A stretch of DNA of 64,000 nucleotides from an uncultured archaeon. GTDB taxonomy: Archaea; Thermoplasmatota; Penumbrarchaeia; JASLWR01. The translations under genes were made by a program, and so were the position numbers. The DNA is taken from contig CAYSHM010000004.1 in assembly GCA_964430885.1 (NCBI GenBank), positions 1 to 64,000 of the forward strand, in the 5' to 3' direction. Shown here piece after piece: positions 55,739 through 64,000 of the stretch. The notes below the pieces were generated by a model, which had not been told where the DNA came from, ran no database searches, and saw only the letters and a list, made by a program, of their open reading frames with translations. Position 1 is the stretch's first letter; each line of letters opens with the position of its first letter.

Positions 55739-56305
55739 ATGGTTCGGAGGATATTGGTAGGGATAACCGGAGCCAGCGGGGTCAGGTACGGAGCGGCCTT
55801 GGTAAGGGCACTCAGTTCAGCATATATGCCATTAGATCTCATTGTTTCTAAATATGGTATGGAGGTTCTCGAGGACGAGGCTCCTGATGCAATTACTGAA
55901 ATAAAGGAACAGGTGAACAATCTGTATTCAAATGAGGATATGTTCAAACCGCCAGCATCTGGTGGGGCGGATTATTCAGCCATGGTAATAATGCCGTGCA
56001 CCCTCAATACCGCAGGCAAGATATGCAATTGTCTAGCGGATAATCTCATCACACGGTCTGCTCAGGTCATGATGAAAGAAAGAAGAAAATTGATCATAGT
56101 TCCACGGGAAACGCCACTTTCCACCCTCCATCTAAAAATGTTCTATGAGCTTTCAAAGAATGGTGTGACTGTTGTCCCAGCATGCCCGGGATTCTATCAT
56201 TTCCCCAGGAGCCTCAACGATCTTGATACATTTATGGTGCAGAAGATACTTAATTTACTGGACATTCCTCATGAACTGATGGAACCTTATAAAGGGCGGG
56301 AATAA
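55739..56305 (+). CDS. ubiX: Flavin prenyltransferase UbiX/Pad1
   Basis: VGITGASG, PASG, PCT, DNLITRSA, ERRKLIIVPRETPL, PGFY; GGAGG RBS before ATG 55739. Confidence 0.92.
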   Translation: MVRRILVGITGASGVRYGAALVRALSSAYMPLDLIVSKYGMEVLEDEAPDAITEIKEQVNNLYSNEDMFKPPASGGADYSAMVIMPCTLNTAGKICNCLADNLITRSAQVMMKERRKLIIVPRETPLSTLHLKMFYELSKNGVTVVPACPGFYHFPRSLNDLDTFMVQKILNLLDIPHELMEPYKGRE

Positions 56306-56496
56306 GAAGAAACGGGAATCCTAAGGATTCATGTTATTACTGTGTAATTATGTTTAAAGGAATAATTGGGGATAAATAAGTTATATTAAAATATATAATT
56401 TGCCGGAAGGTATTGACTTGATATACCTTAACATAACCAATTATTATAATTGTTAATTTCATTACGCGAATCTAAAATATTTGCAGGGGCGAGAAA

Positions 56497-56763
56497 ATGA
56501 AGTTCAGTGAGAAGATAAATCAGATAGTAGCGGTCTTGGACGATTTGGCAGAAGATAATTCAGTACCTAGGAACATTCGTAAGGGCGCAAAGGATTCCAA
56601 GGCATTGATTCTAAATCAGGATGAGGAAAAGGATGTAAGAATGGCCAGCGCGATTTTCATACTCGATGAACTTGCTAATGATCCCAATATTCCACTTCAT
56701 GGGCGGACCCGAATCTGGAATATTATTTCCCAATTGGAAACCGTGGCGGAACTGGAAGATTGA
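56497..56763 (+). CDS. UPF0147 family archaeal protein
   Basis: EDNSVPRNIR...LDELANDPNIPLHGRTRIWNIISQLE. Confidence 0.9.
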   Translation: MKFSEKINQIVAVLDDLAEDNSVPRNIRKGAKDSKALILNQDEEKDVRMASAIFILDELANDPNIPLHGRTRIWNIISQLETVAELED

Positions 56764-56835
56764 TTATCACTAGATTAGGTGAAAATTTATCATTTCAATG
56801 ATCTCCTTCTGCTTTATTTAGGGGATCAGGCGAAT

Positions 56836-57672
56836 TCAATTTGTATCTATTGACCGATCATTTTTATTAATGTGCAGTAGATTTGAGATTTCTACATAGT
56901 CCTTTATACTTAGCTCTTCAGCTCTTTTATCTAGAAATTCTTTCATTTCGGGGATGATCAAGGACTGATTCAGATATGATTCTTCAGCATTTTTAAAGGC
57001 ATTAGCTAGTTTTTTCCTCCTGTATTTGAAAGCTTCCCTTACAACACTTAGGAATATGGAATGATCCAGAAGATTTTCCTTATTATCACGTTTTCTTAAC
57101 CTGACCAATGCGGAGTTGACCTTGGGTGCCGGGTAAAAAACATTCTTTGAGACCTTTTTTATTATCTCAATATCGTAATAATATTGGCTCACCACACTAA
57201 TACGGGAATAGGAACCGCTTCCCAATCTAGCTGACAATCGTTCTGCAAATATGTCCTGATACATTAATACGGCAAGATCTACATTCCTCTCTGAAAGCTG
57301 GAGGGTCAGAGGTGTTGAAAGATTATAGGGCGGATTTGAAACAATTTTATTGAACCCTGTCAAATTCACCTTCATTATGTCATCAGATATCAGTTCCAGA
57401 TTGGGATATCTCGGTAACAATTTATTTTTGAGGTATTCGAAAATCTTTTTATCCTTCTCCACAGCAATTACTTTTGATCCCCTGAGGAGCAGTTTTTCAG
57501 TAAGAAAACCCAACCCTGGTCCAACTTCCAGAATGACATCTTTCTCGGAGATATCGGCAGTTTGGACCTCTATTCGTAGGATATTATCATCCATTAAAAA
57601 GTTTTGACCCAATCCTTTCTTTGCCCTAATGCCCAGCCCCATTAAAATTTCCTTTACCTTCTGGACCTTCAT
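56836..57672 (-). CDS. rsmA: 16S rRNA adenine dimethyltransferase
   Basis: KGLGQNFL, LEVGPGLG, VEKD, SNPPY, YSRISV, FYPAPKVNS, RRKKL, RAEELS. Confidence 0.95.
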   Translation of the reverse strand: MKVQKVKEILMGLGIRAKKGLGQNFLMDDNILRIEVQTADISEKDVILEVGPGLGFLTEKLLLRGSKVIAVEKDKKIFEYLKNKLLPRYPNLELISDDIMKVNLTGFNKIVSNPPYNLSTPLTLQLSERNVDLAVLMYQDIFAERLSARLGSGSYSRISVVSQYYYDIEIIKKVSKNVFYPAPKVNSALVRLRKRDNKENLLDHSIFLSVVREAFKYRRKKLANAFKNAEESYLNQSLIIPEMKEFLDKRAEELSIKDYVEISNLLHINKNDRSIDTN

Positions 57673-57697
57673 GAACTAACCACATCTAAAAAAAGCA

Positions 57698-58963
57698 TCA
57701 AACCCCTGCGAGAGTGAGGTCCTTATCGCACAAAGACATTTCCTGTTCTTCCCTTATCACCTTGCCGAGTCTTTTAATACCTTCCTCAATATTTTCATTG
57801 GTTGAATAGGAGAAGTTCAGTCTGAATGTTTCCTTTTGAGCTCCATCGGAGAAAAAAGCATCTCCAACAACATAGGCCACCTGGTTTGAAATCGCTCTTT
57901 TAAACATGGATCTGGCATTCATCCCTGCTGGGAGGGTGACCCATAGAAACATTCCTCCTTTTGGAATGGTCCATTTTACATCATCGGGGAAATGTTCGTT
58001 GATAGCATTGAGCATGATCTTCTGTTTTTCACTATATAATTCAATGGTCTTTTTTAGCTGTTCATCAAGGTATCCGCCATTGATGTATTTGAAGGCAACA
58101 TATTGTCCGAAACTGTTGGAGCAGAGGTCCATAGATTGTTTAACCAAGCAAAATTTGTTCAATAATCGATCGGAGGCAATTATCCAAGCCAGCCTAAATC
58201 CAGGGGCGAGTATTTTTGAAAAGGTTCCCAAATAGATGACCCTTCCCTTTGTATCAAAGGTTTTTATTGAAGGGGGCGCTTCACCATCAAAGGTAAGTTC
58301 TCCGTAGGGATCGTCCTCGACTATGAGCATATCATAGGCCGAAGCGACATCAAGTAGGTTCTTTCTTTTATTGACGGACATGGTAATGCCGGATGGATTC
58401 TGGTATGTGGGGACGGTATAGATGAACTTGGGATGTATCCCATTCCTTTTCAGCCGCTTGATATTTCTTATGAGTCTCTCAATGTTGAATCCGTCCATCT
58501 CAAGGGGAATGGATTCACATTTTGCCTCGTATGCCCGGAAAGATTGAATGGCCCCTAGATATGTGGGTGCCCCAACAATTATGGTATCGCCTGGATCGAT
58601 AAGGGCATGAGAAATCAGCGATAATCCCTGCTGAGATCCGTGTGTGATAAGAATGTTATCCTTTGTGCAATCAATATTCTTTATCCTTCTCATTCTATTG
58701 GCAATTTCGGCACGGAGGGACGGTAGACCTTCAGTGGTCCCATACTGAAGAGCTTGAGCAATATCATTTTCAAATATATCATCAATACATTTCTTCATGG
58801 CCTTCACTGGAAAGCTTTTCGGATTCGGCAGTCCGCCGGCAAGAGATATCATGCCCGGTACTTGTGTTATCTTTAAAAGCTCTCTGATCTCTGAAGCCTT
58901 CAGTTTTTCGCTTCTCGCTGAAAATAATCTGTCAAGATTGACTACCATATGATTACGCTCCAA
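57698..58963 (-). CDS. PLP-dependent class I/II aminotransferase (LysN-like)
   Basis: ISLAGGLP, LQYG, YQNPSG, EDDPY, GTFSKILAPGFRLAW, GGMFLW, RLNFS. Confidence 0.93.
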   Translation of the reverse strand: MERNHMVVNLDRLFSARSEKLKASEIRELLKITQVPGMISLAGGLPNPKSFPVKAMKKCIDDIFENDIAQALQYGTTEGLPSLRAEIANRMRRIKNIDCTKDNILITHGSQQGLSLISHALIDPGDTIIVGAPTYLGAIQSFRAYEAKCESIPLEMDGFNIERLIRNIKRLKRNGIHPKFIYTVPTYQNPSGITMSVNKRKNLLDVASAYDMLIVEDDPYGELTFDGEAPPSIKTFDTKGRVIYLGTFSKILAPGFRLAWIIASDRLLNKFCLVKQSMDLCSNSFGQYVAFKYINGGYLDEQLKKTIELYSEKQKIMLNAINEHFPDDVKWTIPKGGMFLWVTLPAGMNARSMFKRAISNQVAYVVGDAFFSDGAQKETFRLNFSYSTNENIEEGIKRLGKVIREEQEMSLCDKDLTLAGV

Positions 58964-59097
58964 AGCAATCTATGATCTAATATTGAATTATTCGAAATTG
59001 GGGAATTAACTGACAATGACTGGATTGTTACAACAACTGGAATATAATATTTTATATTTTGCGGAGAATTATTCTGCTTGTGCGAATTCACCCATAT

Positions 59098-59685
59098 TTA
59101 TACTCTCCAGAGATGCAGCAGAAAATCAATTTCCTCTTCAACTATCAAAGAATGACTCTTTTGTTGGGCAGTGAAAATGTTTAGAGAATTTTTAAAATAT
59201 TCATCAGGTCCAATATCGGAAATTTCCAAAATGGTATTTCCGAGACTGCATTGAATACTATAATGAAATATTCTTATTCTGCTTCCGTTGCCAAATGTAT
59301 ATGAGGTCAGATTGTCTAGAACATATTCGATAGGCCTTTCTATACCCATCACGAGACTATTTTCATCCACCCTGCTGATGTTATCGCGAAGCAAAAGGTC
59401 CTCAGTAATAAGCTGAAATACATTCCTATTGATTAATTCCACATTGACAAACTCACCGTCATTGTTCTTGGTGTAATTGGTTCTTTGAATCGTACACTCT
59501 AAAAGCGTGTCTAGAGTATCTCTGCAGTAGTTAGCATCATCTCGGAGCAGTACCGTTCTCTCTACATTTTGGACAAATGACACATTGAGAAAAACCGATC
59601 CGATGATCATGATAAAAAAGAAAAGCATAGCATCAATAAGTGCCGATTGCCCATCCCCATCACTTCCGAAAACCTTCATGACCAT
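59098..59685 (-). CDS. Pilin-like protein (class III signal-peptide-like N-terminus)
   Basis: DGDG|QSALIDAMLFFFIMII: a short leader, Gly-Gln, then a hydrophobic helix. Confidence 0.55.
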   Translation of the reverse strand: MVMKVFGSDGDGQSALIDAMLFFFIMIIGSVFLNVSFVQNVERTVLLRDDANYCRDTLDTLLECTIQRTNYTKNNDGEFVNVELINRNVFQLITEDLLLRDNISRVDENSLVMGIERPIEYVLDNLTSYTFGNGSRIRIFHYSIQCSLGNTILEISDIGPDEYFKNSLNIFTAQQKSHSLIVEEEIDFLLHLWRV

Positions 59686-60191
59686 ACCTCCACCTTTAAT
59701 TGTCCCGGTCTAATATGCTCTTCATCGACCCAGATGTTCACAGGAGAAGTTAAAACATATCTATGCTCCAAAACGTTCATATCCTTTTGATCAGCCGCAT
59801 TGGTGATAGAGAGGTTGTAATATTCGATTGAATTAGATAGGTCTTTCAATTCAATATTATAGTGTTTGAAGGGAGCGGTATTCAGATACCCAGTAAAGTT
59901 TTCATGGTTCAGGGTCAATATTTTTTGGTAATGGAACATTCCATTCCTACCATTATAGGTTAGTATAGGTGAGTTTCGGATATTTTTTATAATCCTTTCT
60001 GAATTGCCATAATCTCCGATGTCATCCTTTTGATTACCGTAGTTTTCATATACTCTAATAGCAGAATGGAAGAAGATGAACAATGATATTACAACAACGA
60101 AGAATACGACCATCTCATCATAGAAACCAGCGATCCCATCGGATTCTTTTTCTTTCCCCCATCTTTTTCTGTTGAATTTCAATTCATGCAC
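59676..60191 (-). CDS. Pilin-like protein (class III signal-peptide-like N-terminus)
   Basis: Charged leader, DG|IAGFYDEMVVFFVVVISLF, and a C-terminal G.L.V.VW strand; overlaps the next gene. Confidence 0.55.
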   Translation of the reverse strand: MHELKFNRKRWGKEKESDGIAGFYDEMVVFFVVVISLFIFFHSAIRVYENYGNQKDDIGDYGNSERIIKNIRNSPILTYNGRNGMFHYQKILTLNHENFTGYLNTAPFKHYNIELKDLSNSIEYYNLSITNAADQKDMNVLEHRYVLTSPVNIWVDEEHIRPGQLKVEVWS

Positions 60192-60267
60192 CTGATGTCA
60201 GTTTAATAGATGTTTCCTAGGAAATCACCCAAATTCAGATGATTAAATTATAAATAAATCCGATTAG

Positions 60268-63200
60268 TTACATCCAATCCTCATCTTCCTCCAGGAAAAG
60301 TTCATCGTCTGATTCATCATCACCTTCTCTTCCTTGAGGCAAAGCAAGTGTATTATCATCTTTTGGTCCCCCAGTATGAAGGCTGAGGGGTTTTTCATCT
60401 TCCTCATCACCGGATAATATCGGTCCGCCGGAAGTGAAGGAAACCGCATTCTCTTCCTCTTCAACCTCACCCTGAAATACAATAGTGTCTTCTTCAGGTT
60501 CTTCATTCTCATCCTCCCATTCATCCGGCGCAAATATGTCATCATGATAATCTTCTTCTTCCTCTTTATTGTGTTTTCTCTGTCTTAGGGCCAAGAATAC
60601 CAGTATTATTATTATTAATGCAATTATTAGAAGCCCCACAATAAGTAAACTGTCCCTTCCTTCGGAGGATTGTCTTACAAAATCAGAATATGTGTCGAGG
60701 TTGTCTTTAATCCAAGAAAATGGTTTTTCCTTTGAGTCATCATTATAATCCAAAGTGATCATGGTATCATCGGCCAGTTCTGAACCGAAGTCTATTTCGA
60801 ATGTGACGCTTCCCGAGTCGTCTGTGGTCCCTGAATATTTCCTCCCATCCAATTCAAAGGAAATACTGATGCCGGGAATGTTGTTTCCGTTGGAATCTCT
60901 GAAAGGTCCAATTGTAACTTCTTCGGTAATTCCTAATAATACAATCAAGTATCCTCTGATATCTTTGGAAATGTTCATTGTCGTAGTAAAATCCTTGTAT
61001 CCTTCCTTTTTGCCAAGTATTTCATAGGTTCCAGTAATCAGTCTCATAGTGAAATTTCCATTGAATGTTTCGATGAGAGTTCCATCAATAAAAATGTCTG
61101 CATCAACAGGAACTATCGAGCCTGAAAATGTGTGGTTGTAATCCAATATGTCCTCAATATTTTCTTCTAAAGTGATTAAAGCCGTACTAGTGAACTCCTT
61201 TTTAAAAAATACGCTGGTAGCCGCTGGATCATAAATTGTCCGATTGATTACCGTATCGTGACTGCCTTTCCTAGAGAATGTTCCATAACCATATTCATAT
61301 TCCTCCAATTCGGCATGAATCTTCCAGTAACCTGTTGTTGCGGATTGAGGGAGATCCTCCCTGTCCTCCCGGTAGGTTTTTAGTCCGGTCTGGGGATATG
61401 CCTCTATCTCGGTATTTGATAAGGGAATGTCCAGGAAGTAGAACTTTCCCTCATCATCGGTAACGGCAGTTAAGTTATACCAAGTCCTGTTGGTAACGTT
61501 TATCAAGGATTTTTTGACGACCCCGGCAATAGTAATATCCACCATCATTGAGTCCTTTTCATCAACAAATACGATTAATTCAATTGAAACGCCTTCCAAA
61601 TAATTGCCAACAGTGTCATTTACCGACCCATTCAGTTGTGCGGGGGAGGGAATGGTCTTCTTTATGATGATAAAGTTCTGGGTAATCGGGAATGTGTCCA
61701 AATTTAATTCCAATTTGATCATGCGCTGGGATGGATAACCTTGTGGATATCCGTCTTCATATCCGTTTTCAACTATCCAGTCCCAATCCAATTTGGCAAT
61801 ATAATCTTTCATTGGAAGGTTTATGGAATAAAAACCGGACGAATCTGATGTAATGTTGTAATAATTCCCCCCGTCGTAAATGACAATAGTGGCACCTTCA
61901 ACAGGCATACCTTCCTGATCTATCACCTTCCCGCTGATAGAGCCGTCATCTGGTGGAAGTACCAACAAAGAATAATTAAGTCCGTTATTGGTATAATTTC
62001 TCCCATTACCCTGATCATCTTCGGTATAGAAGCTGTAATAATGTTCCTGACCTATATGATAAGGATCGGATTCCTCATCCCATGTTGCAATCCATTGAAA
62101 CTGGAAATTCACGATATCGTTCCACTGATTGCCCTGGGGTTCCATTTGATGCTGAACGCCGTCAATAATAATATTCACAATTCCCTGGTCATTGTCTATA
62201 TCACTATAGTTCAAATTAAAGGTTACGGTGTCCCCGGCAGTGATGGAATCGTATGGCATATGCGTTATATTGTTCAGAGCTGGAGGTTGGTTGGGGAATG
62301 AATCCACATATATCGTGGATGTATTGACCGTTCCAGTAGTTGTTTCTTCCATTTCAATAACATATTCTCCTTCTTCTTCGATCACGATCCCCTTGTAAGA
62401 TAGTTCTATGGGATGTCCAGACATGCTTATTGGCGGAATGTTCCTATCGGTGGTATTGATATGTGTAGAGTCACCGGGATTGTTCGAGGGATAATATGAG
62501 AGTACCAATTCTGCCTGAAGCAGACTGTTGCCAGTATTTTCCACAAATACTGATAGCGCAAATTCATAGCCAGCAAAGACATTTGGAGGTTCGGTTTCTG
62601 AAATGTTGAGTTCCACAGCACTGATATTTTGAATGATTATCTGAAAAGTGGTGGAATTGGTTGTGGCATTCGGTCTCGTCAAGAAATCATTGGATATGGT
62701 AAAGGTGACTTGAAATGTATCTTCGTGGGTAGGCGTCCATCGGAAGTTATTTAATATTGGCTGATCAACAGTATCCAGATAGTCAATATCTACAGTGTCA
62801 CCATCTATGGTTTGATCATTTTGATTGCTGTCTTCTATTTCAAGTTTCAGCTGATAATTACTTGCCGGAATGTTGCCAGTATTATTGATAATGCAATTAA
62901 GGCTAGTTGTACTTTTGGAGTAGACTCCATTATCGTCACCAATACCGTAAATCTCATAGTTCAAACTGAACTGAACAATGTTTCTGAACTCAATATATCG
63001 AATTATTTGATCATTGACCATACTGCCAGCAATAGTAGACCATCCTTCAATAATGACTGTTATCTCATACCAGCCCTCCTCCTGAAAATTCAATCCGAGC
63101 TGTGAATTATGCCTTCCATTCTGGAGATCCCCGTTTCCAGTATCATTATTATCAGTATAGGTTTGATTGGCATTATCTATAGCGACAGATGTGTTGACGT

Positions 63201-63441
63201 TAAGAATATTTTCAGCAAGAGTAAAAGATATTCCTAAAACATGAGGTGTGTTCGAAAATACACCATTCACATTCGGATCACCCTTTATTTCCAATGAATT
63301 GATTGTTATTTCACCAGCCCGGCCGGAACGGTTTTCACTTCTTTCATTATATTCTCCAAAAATATTTGGACTGAGACTGTTTATTAATATCACAACTAGG
63401 GCAAAATATAGGTATTTCAATAACGATTTTTTGTTTTTCAT
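60268..63441 (-). CDS. Large surface protein with CARDB/Ig-like, carboxypeptidase-regulatory-like and PEGA-like domains, TM and acidic tail
   Basis: Signal peptide; NNTGN/ENTGN; GSISGKVID..G.PVEGATI...SDSSGFYSI; C-terminal TM and D/E tail ending EDWM. Confidence 0.85.
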   Translation of the reverse strand: MKNKKSLLKYLYFALVVILINSLSPNIFGEYNERSENRSGRAGEITINSLEIKGDPNVNGVFSNTPHVLGISFTLAENILNVNTSVAIDNANQTYTDNNDTGNGDLQNGRHNSQLGLNFQEEGWYEITVIIEGWSTIAGSMVNDQIIRYIEFRNIVQFSLNYEIYGIGDDNGVYSKSTTSLNCIINNTGNIPASNYQLKLEIEDSNQNDQTIDGDTVDIDYLDTVDQPILNNFRWTPTHEDTFQVTFTISNDFLTRPNATTNSTTFQIIIQNISAVELNISETEPPNVFAGYEFALSVFVENTGNSLLQAELVLSYYPSNNPGDSTHINTTDRNIPPISMSGHPIELSYKGIVIEEEGEYVIEMEETTTGTVNTSTIYVDSFPNQPPALNNITHMPYDSITAGDTVTFNLNYSDIDNDQGIVNIIIDGVQHQMEPQGNQWNDIVNFQFQWIATWDEESDPYHIGQEHYYSFYTEDDQGNGRNYTNNGLNYSLLVLPPDDGSISGKVIDQEGMPVEGATIVIYDGGNYYNITSDSSGFYSINLPMKDYIAKLDWDWIVENGYEDGYPQGYPSQRMIKLELNLDTFPITQNFIIIKKTIPSPAQLNGSVNDTVGNYLEGVSIELIVFVDEKDSMMVDITIAGVVKKSLINVTNRTWYNLTAVTDDEGKFYFLDIPLSNTEIEAYPQTGLKTYREDREDLPQSATTGYWKIHAELEEYEYGYGTFSRKGSHDTVINRTIYDPAATSVFFKKEFTSTALITLEENIEDILDYNHTFSGSIVPVDADIFIDGTLIETFNGNFTMRLITGTYEILGKKEGYKDFTTTMNISKDIRGYLIVLLGITEEVTIGPFRDSNGNNIPGISISFELDGRKYSGTTDDSGSVTFEIDFGSELADDTMITLDYNDDSKEKPFSWIKDNLDTYSDFVRQSSEGRDSLLIVGLLIIALIIIILVFLALRQRKHNKEEEEDYHDDIFAPDEWEDENEEPEEDTIVFQGEVEEEENAVSFTSGGPILSGDEEDEKPLSLHTGGPKDDNTLALPQGREGDDESDDELFLEEDEDWM

Positions 63442-63887
63442 GGACCTTCCCCTTTTTTGGTTTATCCATCTGAATTTTAAGGATTACTATAAGGTGTTGC
63501 CTTTATAATCGTTTATTCATAATTATGTTGAAGAAATCTAATATCGGCAATCTTGAACCTGCTTGCTATGTATAAGAATATATATAATATTTTTCAACAA
63601 GGTATGCGCACCTACTTGTATTATTGCGTCTTGCTTAGCAAACTGTATTAAGTAAGAATGATTTTGCTATTGGATATAAATATAATATTAACTCTAAAAC
63701 CTCAAATAAAAAAGTTAAATTAATATATCATATTTCGATGTAGGAGAAAAATTGAGGAAAAAAAGTAATAATGTTTATTAAGGTAGTTCCCTCTACGCCG
63801 TAAGGAGCATTTCAAATATTCATTAATAAATATTATCGTTTGAAATAAAAAAGTTCGTAGAGTCTTAACAGGGCATATATGGTTCAC

Positions 63888-64000
63888 ATGAAGGAGGATC
63901 CTTTGATGAGAAACTTGGTAGATGATATATTAAAGAGAAGGAAGTCTAAGAATAAGGAAACAGTCACACCGAAAAAAACATTCACCCCGGAAAAAAAACC
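63888..64000 (+). CDS. 5' end of a gene cut off by the window end
   Basis: Open frame MKEDPLMRNLVDDILKRRK... to the window edge after an AT-rich intergenic region; start could be 63879, 63888 or 63906. Confidence 0.5.
   Translation, partial: MKEDPLMRNLVDDILKRRKSKNKETVTPKKTFTPEKK

Noticed and set aside
63442-63880. Long AT-rich intergenic region as a replication origin or ncRNA
   Set aside because: I saw no ORB-like repeats, adjacent cdc6 or convincing structure; it is consistent with divergent promoters.

Overview
Gene-dense archaeal chromosome segment, most likely Thermoplasmatota. The assignment is inferred from GGTGA/GGAGG ribosome-binding sites, TATA-like promoters, UPF0147, a PUA-PAPS-reductase-like protein, a PGF-CTERM tail, GH57 enzymes and a C25 peptidase. 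No rRNA, tRNA, CRISPR array or transposase was recognised. Contents in order: a starch/maltodextrin operon (malK, two membrane-anchored GH57 enzymes, malE/F/G); a PKD lipoprotein; an ArsR-permease-thioredoxin cluster with twin palindromic operators; an XRE/DUF2178 pair; an FGE-fold lipoprotein; a divergent AbfD/HpaB-family enzyme; a decayed TPR gene; an LRR protein with atypical codons; a gingipain-like C25 surface protease; pgl; a PAS histidine kinase; a three-subunit xanthine-dehydrogenase-family enzyme; housekeeping genes (ubiX, rsmA, a PLP aminotransferase); and pilin-like and large surface proteins. The most unusual element is a 1986-aa predicted surface protein with roughly 55-60 tandem 18-aa helical repeats and a juxtamembrane H-F-T motif. 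It lies downstream of a Zn-ribbon/STAND-regulator pair and converges on a surface-anchored cyclophilin. Several unrelated surface proteins also share acidic-Trp cytoplasmic tails, TR[AS]/GR[AS] propeptide-like motifs and a common juxtamembrane module. All family calls come from recognising motifs by eye, not from database searches.
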